Shown here piece after piece: positions 1 to 11,691 of a stretch of DNA of 64,000 bases (position 1 is its first letter; the number at the start of each line of letters is the position of its first letter). The notes beneath the pieces were generated by a model, which had not been told where the DNA came from, made no database searches, and saw only the letters and a program-made list of their open reading frames with translations. Position numbers and translations under genes: made by a program. Source of the stretch: Eledone cirrhosa (lineage: Eukaryota); NCBI GenBank assembly GCA_964016885.1, contig OZ024741.1:402318001-402382000 (forward strand). The letters run 5' to 3'.

Positions 1-60
1 ATTTTATCGACCCCGTAAGGATGAAAGGCAAAGTTAACTTCGGCGGGATTTGAACTCAGA
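1..60 (-). mobile_element. tRNA-derived SINE family B fragment (cut by window edge)
   Basis: Reverse complement contains B-box GAGTTCAAATCCC plus the body GTTAACTTTGCCTTTCATCCTTACGGGGTCGATAAAAT, seen in many other copies in the window. Confidence 0.8.
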
Positions 61-81
61 TATATATATAATATATATATA

Positions 82-420
82 TGGAGGCTCATGGAGGCTT
101 AGTGGTTAGAGCATTGACCTTGCAATCGAAAGGTTGTGAGTTCAATTCTCAGACCGTGTGATGTGTTGTTTCCTTGAGCAAGACACTTTATTTCACATTG
201 CTCCAGTTTACTCAGCTGTAGAAATGAGATGATAGGGACTGGGGTCTCTATCATTCCACTGTAAAGTGGTCGTGGAGGTGCCACGGCAAAAAAGTACCCA
301 GCACTCACTGTAAATGAGGTTGGTGTTAGGGAGGGCATCCAGCTGTAGAAATCAAGCCAGCATCAGTTCCCGTCCCACCCTTGCAAGCAGGGAAAAGTGG
401 ACGTAAAATGAAATGAATAT
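82..420 (+). mobile_element. tRNA-derived CORE-like SINE, family A
   Basis: A-box-like GGCTTAGTGG, B-box GAGTTCAATTC, CORE-like CCTTGAGCAAGACACTT and an RTE-type 3' tail; near-identical to copies at 13628, 14592 and 27355. Confidence 0.85.
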
Positions 421-502
421 ATACATATATACACACACAAACACACGCACGTATGAGATGAGAGGATGTATATTTTCTTAACATTAAGTGAACACGTTTT
501 CG

Positions 503-533
<31 letters not shown>

Positions 534-619
534 ACTCCCCCTTCCACCCTATTTTAATACTCTGAAGGGTGTAAAAAACATGTTTGGAGTTTTGTTTATT
601 TACATGCCTTTGCTGTTAA

Positions 620-890
620 ATTATGTGTATATGTATATATGTGTGTGTATATATGTGTGTGTATGTATGTGTGTGTGTATATATATATGTGTGTGTGTGT
701 GTATATATGTTTGTGTGTGTGTTCTTGTGTATGTGTGTGTATGTCTGTATGTGTGTGTATCTATGTGCATATCTGTGTGTGTGTGTATGTATGTGTGTAT
801 CTGTGTGTGTGTATGTACCGTGCCACTTTTACCATACTGTTTGTGTGTGTGTGTTCTTGTGTATGTATGTGTGTGTACCGTGCCACTTTA
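620..890. repeat. (TG/TA)n compound microsatellite
   Basis: Direct dinucleotide repeats. Confidence 0.95.
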
Positions 891-1274
891 ACCATACCCC
901 CCCCCCCCACCTTTCACTACTACTCTCTGCCTGGCTGAGGTCACAGTGATTGAGTGAATATTACAGTGGAATGTACTCAATACATGGTGTTAAAATGTTG
1001 GCATTAGGAAGGGCATCCAGCCATAGAGACTCTACCAAAACTGAAATCTATGAGAAGGATGTGGTCATCTTATCTGTTTAGTTCCAGAACCTGACAAACT
1101 CCCCAAACTATTCCAGCTTGGAAAACCAATGTCCAATGTATGATGATGTATATAGTACAGAAATGGCTATATAGTTAAAGCGGTCATGAGACAATCGTGT
1201 GCTTCTGGGTTCCGTTCTACTGTAGTATCGTGGTCAAGTATCTTCTATTATATCCTCAGGTTGACCAATGTCTT

Positions 1275-2105
1275 TTAACTCCAGCCATCATACAGTCTAC
1301 CCTTTATTCTGAGAGAGAAATCATTTGTTGTCAGCAGAGTTACTAGCTCCCTAAACTTCTAACACCCTGTTCTTAATCTATCTACTACACCTTCAGATAA
1401 TTCTCCCCAAAGGCTGATTATATCACCAAGGTAATAAAAGCTGTCAAAAATATCTTGGGGTCCTCCTGGGCGATTTGTTCCATGTGTGCTCTTAATTCTC
1501 TTTTCTTTTTTACAACTGCTGTAATGTTTGCCTTCTCTGTTATCTTGCCTGTAATCTCACTACATCTTTTGTGGATCCATAGATTACACTGTGTGTATCT
1601 CACACAATTTCTGCCCACCACTTTTTGATGTATCAAATAGAGCCATTTCCTTGATGTTATCAAAGTCCTGTCTTCTTTCTTATTTATTAAGACTTTAGTT
1701 TTCGCTAAGTTTGCTTTTATATCTGTTCATTCTAGATTTTTCTTCCATGTCTCGAATTTTCCTCTAACTCTTCCATAGATTCAACTATAAGGACTAGATC
1801 AGCATACAAGAGCTGCCATAGACAGCCAGTCACAAACTCCTCTGTTATGGTCTGAAGAACAATAATAGACAAAAGTGGATTGAGGACTGAGCCCTGGTAG
1901 ACCTCCACCTCCACTTCAACTTCATCACTGTTCTTATTACCTACATTTATCTTACTAGTTGTACTTCTATACATGGGTTCTATGACCCTCATGAACCATT
2001 CATCTACACCTAGCTTCCTTAGTGTCCACCAGATTACAATGTGAGGGATCTTGTCAAAGGTTTCCTCTAGATCAATGAATGTTAGGTATAAAGACTTACA
2101 TTCAT
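1275..2105 (-). mobile_element. Degenerate RTE LINE RT fragment
   Basis: Broken frames give LYLTFIDLEETFDKIP, QGSVLNPLL, LLYAD and WIHKRCS, homologous to the intact ORF at 16513-19614. Confidence 0.85.
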
Positions 2106-2379
2106 AAAGCACTTAAACATATATATACATCTGTATCTCTATGCATATAAAACACCTGTAAACACACATAGTTATTGCTGGTACTCATTTTTATCTAAGT
2201 ATAAGTGAAGTGAAGTGTTTGCTGAAGAACACAACACACAACCCAGTCCAGGAATTGAACCCACAACATTATGATCATATCTAACACCTTTGCCACTAGG
2301 CCATGCACCTTTGTGCTAGTAGTGTAATACTAAATTTAATGAGATCTGATGGTAACTCTCTTTCAGTGTACGAAGGAGT

Positions 2380-2975
2380 CCTAGCTTATTTCTTGCATCC
2401 TAGATGTTTATTAAAGTATAGATATTGAGCCTAGCTTATTTCTTGCATCCTAGATGTTTATTAAAGTATAGATATTGAGCCTAGCTTATTTCTTGCATCC
2501 TAGATGTTTATTAAAGTATAGATATTGAGCCTAGCTTATTTCTTGCATCCTAGATGTTTATTAAAGTATAGATATTGAGCCTAGCTTATTTCTTGCATCC
2601 TAGATGTTTATTAAAGTATAGATATTGAGCCTAGCTTATTTCTTGCATCCTAGATGTTTATTAATGTATAAATGTTGAGATAAGCTTATTTCTTGCATGC
2701 TACATGTTTATTAAACTATAGATGTTGATGGCATTGAGCCTAGCTTATTTCCTGCATCCTACATGTTTTTTAAAGTATGGCTGGTGAGTATGTTGATCCT
2801 AGCTTATTTGTCGAAACCTAGATATTTATTAATGTATAAATGTTGGGTATGTTGAGCGAAGCTAATTTCTTGCATCTTACATGTTTATTAAAGTGTAAAT
2901 GTTGGGTATGTTGAGCCTAGCTTATTTCTTGGAATCTAGATATTTATTAAAGTATAGATATTGAGGATGTTGATA
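2380..2975 (+). repeat. 50-bp minisatellite
   Basis: CTAGCTTATTTCTTGCATCCTAGATGTTTATTAAAGTATAGATATTGAGC recurs at 2381, 2431, 2481, 2531, 2581 and 2631, followed by degenerate longer units. Confidence 0.95.
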
Positions 2976-4462
2976 TAGAAAGATAGATAGATAATTGTAT
3001 GCAGCATAGCTGTCAAGAAACTAAGTATTCAATCTGAAGCTATCTGGAGATCACAGAAGGTGTCAAAAGACTTGTTTAACAGGTGAAAGCAGAGTGAGAA
3101 CAGACAAAGAAGAGCAGTAATTGAAAGGTTTGAGCTTTCAGTCTGCACACTATAAGTGATGTCAATGAAGGTTAACAGAAAGTGACAAGTATGTAAATGG
3201 ATTTGATGCTATCTTATCTTAAAGTCTTAAAGCACTGACAAAACTTAATGTAGAAATTATTAAAGCATTCTTATCATGTTGTGTTAAGAAGTCAAACTTA
3301 TCAACATAGTTGAAAGTCAAGAAATACATACATATATCCTGTAGCATTCTAATGAAGTTATAATGCATTTGATATATATTGATAACTGGCAATCAAGACC
3401 AGTTATAGAACTGAATCCATTAAAAACTATCTTCCTATTTGCATGCTAAAATCTAATATGTATTTTCAATTTCAAAACTGTAATTATAAATTCTTTATAT
3501 TTTTTTATGGTCATTTTTCCTCCCTATTTAATTATTTAAAAAAAGTAGTATAGTTAATGTGGGTTCGTAACATATTGGTGTTCTTCTGGGCAGGTTGTTG
3601 GTCCTCTGCAGAATAGTCAGGTGATGTGGCTACCATCTTGGCAGCGAGCCAACAAACCATGGGTCACTGTAGGTCTGGAAACTCCCCAGGAGACTGGCCC
3701 GCTTAAGGTGGCCCTACCACACAAGCCCCTTTGCCATGACCAGGCCAGCTTAGGATGGATTGCTGGCTTAGGATGACCCTGGCCTCATCGAGCAATAATA
3801 ATAATAAGGTAGTTAATATGAAACATTGTGAGGTATGTAATGATTAAGTTTCAGAAAGCTGGCTTTTTCAAATTTATCAGACATTTATTAAATTTTTAAA
3901 ATTTAATAAAAAATATTTTTTGATTTAAATTTTTATTCTTATATTCCCTTATCTCTGTCTATTTTGTTTTTGTGTCTCAACTGTAACAAGTACTAGATAC
4001 TTCTCCTAGTCTGTTATGGCTTACTAGCTCTATACGGACGTTTAAATTAATTAAATAAATAAATAGAAATCTTGCCAAACAGAAGGTTGGGGGAGACCCT
4101 TAGTTATATCAAGGATACAACAATCTCTCCTGTGCACTTGGTAGAACATGAGACTGTACATAAGCGAGACACAAATCCCTGGCCTATCTGGGGGATCAGT
4201 GGCCCCACTTGCTACCAGGGAAAGCAGACATTAAAATGACAATGATGGTGGTGAAATAAATATTAGTTGGCTGTTGTATGTTGTTTTAATTGAAACACTT
4301 AATGTTTCAAACCCTTGCATTTGTGTGGATTCTCAATCGTGAGGTTGTGAGTTCATATCCCGGACCGGGTGATGCTTTATGTCTTTGAGTACAGAACTCT
4401 TACCACTAGACCACACACCTTAACAATATTATACAGTTTTTTATATATATATATTATATATA

Positions 4463-4612
4463 TAGTTATGTAATAAACAAGATAAGATAATTATTTCATT
4501 TACCAGAGGTTTCACGAAGACAGACAAGCCTAGCAGACATCTGCCAGGCTCGTCTGTTTCGTGAAACCTCTGGTAATTGAAATAATTATCTATATTGTTT
4601 ATTACATAACTA
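4463..4612. repeat. ~150-bp fold-back palindrome, probable Penelope pseudo-LTR remnant
   Basis: Left arm AGTTATGTAATAAACAA...TACCAGAGGTTTCACGAA is the reverse complement of right arm TTCGTGAAACCTCTGGTA...TTGTTTATTACATAACT; flanked by (TA)n. Confidence 0.8.
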
Positions 4613-4724
4613 AAAAGCTCTGTAGCCTACATAGAGCACTCTTTTCCTTTACCTTTCCTATGGAAATACTTTATATATATATATACTGAATCTAGTGACT
4701 TAGATATTAGATTTTCTGGCAAGT

Positions 4725-4895
4725 TTGCTGGATAACATCCATGAACTTGGCTGGTCTCGCTTGGGGATCTGGCCAGATCAGTTGGAGATGGTTGCTTCTG
4801 ACAGGACCTGCTGGAAGGAGTGTCTGAGAACTCTGCCTCCTTGACCCTCTCAGGAATATGTGAGTGAAGAAAAAGAAAAAGGAGAAAGAGAAGTT
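4725..4895 (+). mobile_element. RTE (Rex3/Expander-like) LINE 3' end fragment
   Basis: Translates LDNIHELGWSRLGIWPDQLEMVASDRTCWKECLRTLPP with a purine-rich tail; second copy at 44620-44886. Confidence 0.7.
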
Positions 4896-5861
4896 GCCAT
4901 CCTAACTTGTCTGATGCTTCTCAGAGATTATGGCTTCTAATCTCTATTATCTATTTGTATTGTAACAAATCTGAAGTGATTAAGAAAACTAAAATGAAGA
5001 ATTTCCAACACAAACTTTTCTGAAATCAAATATTAACTTTAGACCAGATTACATTGAAAGATTAATAACTTAACTTAGTCAATATCATATTAAGAAGAAA
5101 TAGCAAAAATTATGAAGCAAAAGTTAATTTTCTGTTTTTGCTTATGGAAAATCTAGACTAGCAGCTCGCTACTACTGAAACAAATTTAACCCAATGACTT
5201 CTAGAATTATTACCAAAATCTCTTATACAATGGTAATTATTTTTCATAACAGAATTAATAAGAGTGAGAGAGAGAAAGAGAGTGTGTGTGTGTGTGACTT
5301 GAGGGTGAAAGAAAGAGGAACTTGAGGGAGAGAGACAGAGAGAGGGAGTTGAGATTGAAGGAATGTGATAGAGAAGCATTATATATGTGTGTATATATAT
5401 ATATATAGAGGGGAAGAGAGAGAGAGACTTGGGAGAGAAGGAAAGTAATAGAGAAGAAGCATCATATATCAATTTTATTTTAAGATATAATCGTATTTAA
5501 ACAAAATAATACTATATAATGAAGAAGAATAAAATGTAATATTAATGATATATGAAAGAAAACTAAGACAACATTGTAGAATGTTGTGTAGTCAGTGGAG
5601 TATGAAATCAGATGAATTCATGGCTAGAAACAGTCTAGTTGTCATGTAAAAGACAACATACATGTGCATGTGTATATATAGAGGGAGAGAGATAGTGATG
5701 CATATTCATATATATATATCTTATGAATATATTATGTATGTATATATATATGCATGTGTGTATATATATATATGCATGTGTGTATATATACATATGCATG
5801 TGTGTATATATATATATGTATGTGTGTATATATGCATATGTATGTATAAGTATGTGTGTAT

Positions 5862-8318
5862 ATTCTTCTGGTTTTATAATTTCACAAAGTTTTACCAATA
5901 GAGAGAGTCGGTTTCTAACATAGACACAAGAATCTCTCATTGGAATTTACACAACATCAACTAGGTAGATATGTATGTATGCATGCATGTGTAGATATGG
6001 ATGTTATTGTATGTGTGGATGTGTATGTTTTGAGTTGTATGTGTGCATTTGCATCTGTACATGTGTATATGCAGTTATTAGATGCAAAATTTTTGGAATG
6101 TTTTACATATTTTTACTGTTCCATTAATGGATTGTACTTGGAGTTTCCTAACTAGTTGTGTTCTTTCTGTTCCTGTGAAGCCTAGCTTCTCAAGATTTGT
6201 ATTGAGGCAGTTACTAACATATCCCAGTGCCCCAATAATCACAGGCATAAATCTGAAGGTGTAATCAGGGTGGAGTATCTGCAGATTTCTCATCAGTTCT
6301 GCATAAATATTCTCCTTTTCACTAATCTTTGATATTATATTGGCATCTGCTGGGCAGCTAATTTCCACTACTGTGCATGTTTTCTTCTCCCTGTCCCATA
6401 TCATAATATCTGGTCTGTTATGCCTGCATTTTATTGGGGTTTTTACTGGAACATTCCACCAGTACTCTGTCATATTATGTACATGGATGTCTTCCACATT
6501 GTTGTAGCTTTTAATGTGTTTATTATCGGGGCTATCTTTTTTACGAACTGCATTGTACAGTGTTTTGGCCACTACATCATGCCTCATAGGTAGATAGTAC
6601 CGCGATGACATCTCTGGGCAGTTGCTGATGACATGGGTGATATCTTCGATGTTAGTTCTGCAGAGTCTGCACTTGTTATCACATCTAGGTGTTTTGCCTG
6701 CATCCCTATCTCTTTTGTGAATCAGGTATTTCGTGCTAATCTCCTGTTCTTGGATTGCAAAAGCGTATCCTTCAAAGTGGGAGTCAATATAGCGGTTCTT
6801 GGTCCAAGATAGACTACTTTCCTTATCTATATTACTCTCACTCTGGAGCTTCCGGGCAACATATCCATGCATGATTTTTTGCTGATAGGCATGCAGTTTT
6901 TCATCCATGGATTCACTGCGATACTGCTGAGCGACATTCCTGGGTGTGTTTTTGATTATCACACAAGGAATATCTCTCGAGGAGTTCCTTCCCAACTCTC
7001 ATGATCTTATCCGTTTCATGCAGATAGACGTGCTTGAGAAACGGGCTCCTACGCTTCGAGGTTCGTAGATGTTGTCGGTGAGATATGATGCGACATTCAA
7101 ATGTTGTCTGGGCTAATGTTAGGTCTCTACCTCCCTGCTTACGTTTCAAGTAAAGGCAGTCTATGTCACTGTTGATGTGGAAGTTTCCGGTGTTATTCAG
7201 TATTTTTCGAGTTCCAACATCAACTGTTCGGATTTCGTCTATTGTCCAATTGAGTATTCCAAACGTTGGTGTTAGGACAAGCACAGCAAACACATTGTGA
7301 GCCACTGTTTTGTTTTGTGCAGAGAGTTCCGATGACCAGATCTTTCTTAATCGGGTGTAGTATTCCCTGGTTACGCGTTCTTTATTACAGATACCATTAT
7401 AGGATATGTTCTCATCTATCCCCAGGTATCTGTAGCAGTCCTCATCAGATATCAGTGAAACAGTTAGACCATTGATGACAATCTTGCTAGATTGGGTTGT
7501 TGTTTTTCCCCGCTTTACAGTCATGTATGAGCATTTATCTTGGCCAAACTCCATTCCTATATCCTTTGAGAACGTTGTAACCAGGTCAAGATTTTTCTTC
7601 ATCCCATCCATGTTCTTGGCATAGAGTTTCAGATCATCCACAAAGAAGTTATGGGTTAGGTTCGTATTTCTGTCCTCCTGTGAGCCAATGATGTATCCCT
7701 CACATTTCTTGAGCAGAAAGGACAAGGGGTTTAATGACAAGATGAACAATATCACAGAGAGACTGTCCCCCTGAAATATACCCCTGCAATATTTTATTTT
7801 ATCAGTGATAATAGAGTCCTCCCTCTCTGTCTTTAACCTTAGGATAGTAGCCCAAGAAGAAGACAGCCTCTCTATGGCTCTGACAATAATGTCTGGGACT
7901 TTAGCAAGTTGGAGGGCCTCTATCATCCAAGAGTGGGGAACAGAATCGAAAGCTTTCTTGTAGTCCAGCCAGACTGTAGTCATATTCCTCCTCAGTTGTC
8001 GCACCTCTGACATCGCAGTTTTGTTGATTAGGAGTTGTTCAGCACATCCCCAAATCCCTTTCTTTCCAGCTGCTTGTTCATCTGTGATGATGTTATTATT
8101 TTCACAGTGATCTTGGAGGAATAGGTTTAGGCAGGCTGTATACATCTTATACATCAGGTTCTGGCATACAATGGGTTGGTAGTTTTTTGCCAAGTGGGTG
8201 TCTTTGTTCTTGGGGACCAGTAACGTTTGTGCTAATGTCAACCATTCTGGTATAAGTGTATCTCTCTTAAGAACTTGTTGGTAGAGGTCAGTAAGATATC
8301 TCCGATAGAATATTAGTT
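5862..8318 (-). mobile_element. 5'-truncated R4/Dong-clade non-LTR retrotransposon (RT plus restriction-like endonuclease), one frameshift near 6913-6995
   Basis: RT motifs WLDYKKAFDSVPHSW, RGIFQGDSLS, FVDDLKLY and YRYLG; C-terminal CCHC knuckle CRLC..H..C, RHD, and PD-(D/E)xK-type motif RPDI..VEISCP..EK..Y..IIGALG. Lies between TA/TG microsatellites; 3' boundary approximate. Confidence 0.9.
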
Positions 8319-8932
8319 ATATATGTATGTATGTGTGTATGTATGTGTGTATGTATGTATGTATGTGTATATATGTGTGTGTGTATATATGTGTGTATGT
8401 GTGTGTATATATGTATATATATGTATGTGTGTATATATCTATATATGTATGTGTGTATATATCTATATATGTATGTGTGTATATATATACGTAAGTGTGT
8501 ATATATGAATATATATGTATGTGTGTATATATATGTGTATATATGTATGTGTGTATATATGTATGTGTGTATATATATATGTATGTGTGTATATATGTAT
8601 GTGTATATATGTATATATATATATATGTAGGTGTATATATATATGTATGTGTATATATGTATATATATGTATGTGTATATATGTATATATATGTATGTGT
8701 ATATATGTATATATATGTATGTGTATATATGTATATATATGTATGTGTATATATGTATATATATGTATGTGTATATATGTATATATATGTATGTGTGTAT
8801 ATATATATATGTATGTGTATATATGTATATATGTGTATGTGTGTATATATATATATGTATGTGTGTATATATATATATGTATGTGTATATATATATGTAT
8901 ATATATATGTATGTGTATATATGTATATATAT
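8319..8932. repeat. (TA/TATG)n microsatellite
   Basis: Direct low-complexity repeats. Confidence 0.95.
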
Positions 8933-9258
8933 GATAAATGGAATAGAATGAAACGAAATTTCATTTCTCACTCTTAGTACGGCACTTACTTAAATGTAAG
9001 TATGTATGTATACGTACATACATATATGTATACAGACGTACAGTAGCATGTATATATATACACTGTATATATATACACAGTAGCATGTATATATATACAT
9101 GCTACTGTACGTCTGTATACATATATGTATGTACGTATACATACATACTTACATGTATATATATGTATATATATATATATATGTATGTGTGTATATATGT
9201 ATATATATATATGTATGTGTGTATATATGTATATATATATATGTATGTGTGTGTGTAT

Positions 9259-10393
9259 ATCATCATCATCATCACCGTTTTACGTCCGTTCTTCCACGCT
9301 AGCATGGGTTAGACGGGTTGTCCTGTTGTGTGCAGTGTCTGGTCGGCTGACCATGCCTTGCTCATACAGGAACTGATTTGGCTTGATTTCTACAGCTGGA
9401 TGCCCTTCCTAACACCAACCTCATTTACAGTGAGTGCTGGGTGCTTTTTCGTGGCGCATACACGTCCACTTTACAGTGTGGGCTGGGTGCTTTTTTGCCG
9501 TGGCACCTCTACGACCACCTTGCGGTGGGGTGTGTGGGGGCATATTGTCTATATGCTTCAGCTTGTACCCATGGGAGGTAGGGTACTCTGTATTACTGCG
9601 TGACGCCAGAAGTCACGGTCGTGTGTCATTGCCTTTGAGAGGTGTAATTGGGTAAGGTCAGCTTTTATCACCTCATCCCAGATCATCTTGGGTCTCCCCA
9701 CTCCGCGGTTTCCATCAACTTCTAGTGCTCTGCACCTTTTTATGCAGCTGTCATCCTTCATACACATCACATGTCCATACCAGCGCAACCGCCTCTCCTG
9801 CACACAGAATTTGATTCCTCTTATGCTCAGTCTCTCTCTCAATTCATTTATGCTTTGTCGTTCACGTATATTACTGTTACACATCCATCGGAGCATGCAG
9901 GCTTCGTTTCTCTCCAATCTACGTAAGTCTTCCACCTTCAGCGCCCAGGTCTCACTACCATGCAACATTGATGTTCGGATACACGCATCATACAGTCTGC
10001 CTTTCATTCTGAGGGAGAAGTCTTTTGCAGCTAGCAGTGGTAGTAGTTCCCTAAACTTCTTCCATCCCGTTCTTACCCTAGTTATTGTACTTTCTGAACA
10101 CCTACCTCCGCTGCTAATTCGGTCACCTCGGTAGCAGAAGCTGTCTACTGTTTCTACAGAGCTCTCCCAGAGATTGGTGGTACTTGTTTCCTGTGGCTGT
10201 TTGCTGCTTGCTGTCTTAACACAGCTGCTGCATGTGAAGCCTACATTCTTAATTAAGCTTCCTGAGATCCCGCTACATCTCTTGTGTACCCATTGTTTGC
10301 ATTTGTGGCAGAGAATGGAGTTCCTACCTACACCTTTCTTACATACTGTGCAAGGCCTGAGGGGATCTGGGTTCTGTTTTCTCGTCTGTGATT
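9259..10393 (-). mobile_element. 5'-truncated RTE LINE (second subfamily)
   Basis: ORF 9558-10007 reads [23 protein letters not shown]; PHD-like cysteines upstream; 3' UTR and (GAT)n tail at ~9259-9275. Confidence 0.9.
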
Positions 10394-10394
10394 A

Positions 10395-10670
10395 AAATGA
10401 TTAAAATTTAGCTTCGTTTATTACTGCCATATATATTTCAGTGACAGCCATCTGTCATGACTCCAGTTCCCCAGTGAATTAACAACCCAACAAGGAACTG
10501 GGCATATCAGAGTATTGACAATATCATACACCTAAACAACATATGTACTTGTCTATACCATACTAATTCAAACTGCCTGAAGAGGTCACAGCCAAAGATG
10601 GCTGTCACTGAAATATATATGGCAGTAATAAACGAAGCTAAATTTTAATCATTTGACTTTTATTTAACTT
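10395..10670 (+). mobile_element. Penelope-like pseudo-LTR remnant with inverted partial copy and hammerhead-like motif
   Basis: 59-bp inverted repeat (10395-10453 vs 10596-10654); ACTGC-CTGAAGA-stem II-GAAA-TATATAT-GGCAGT followed by AATAAA. Confidence 0.7.
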
Positions 10671-11691
10671 TATTTTATATGTATATATATATATATGGGT
10701 GTGAATATATATAGATATATATATGTATAATAATAATAATACTATTTATAGTTATGTATTATAGTTATGTATAAACAACCATAAACAGGAAGGTCAGTAA
10801 TTTCTTAATTACCTTAATACCAGTAAGAGAAATAGCTCAATGTATAAATATCAGTTGTTTTACAGAGCAGTTAAATAAATAAATTATACAATTATCAAAG
10901 TTGTGTTCAAATTATTTAATAGCTGACAATTGTTTCTTCCAAACTCTCGTTTGCACATATAATTACCCTCCTATCCAACTGAACAATAATATAGATGCAT
11001 ATAAATTGATGTTGTGAGCAACAGTTTCGTATTTACAGGGTGGAATGGATGTGACATATATTACGAGAATTGTACAATAATTGTACAAACATTCAAATTC
11101 AAATCAAAATTAAAATTCAAATCAAAATCAAAAGCACGGAGTGGAATACATGCAACAGTTAAAACAAGGGAATAGTCCAAATATTAAAGAGGCATTGAGG
11201 AAGCAGTTTTGAGAAAGGAAGAGTACGATAACAAATCATATGCAGGTGTGTGGAGTTGTGACTGTGTAAGTCATATACATGAGAAGGAGACAAGCAAAGC
11301 TATTATGCATATATAGATGAATAAATACTTCAGTTGAAGCAAATATGTTAATGTATTAGAGTCTATGGTGGATGTTGAATGTTGATAGTGTTCGAATTAA
11401 TGTGTGTTGAGAAACATACAGTTTTTGAACACTTTTCCATGACATATGTTGAATTAAATTTCAGTTAATGTTTATATTGAGTGTTTTAAGTTAGTTAGAG
11501 CAATGTATATGACTTACGCAGTCACGCTATCCACACACCTGCATATGATTTGTTATCGTACTCTTCCTTTCTTAAAACTGCTTCCTCAATGCCTCTTTAA
11601 TATTAGGACTATTCCCTTGTTTTAACTGTTGCATGTATTCCACTCCGTGCTTTTGATTTAGATTTTGATTTTAATTTTAATTTTGATTTGA

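Noticed and set aside
82-160. tRNA genes at A/B-box motifs
   Set aside because: These are SINE heads followed by conserved SINE bodies and tails; no complete cloverleaf was evident.
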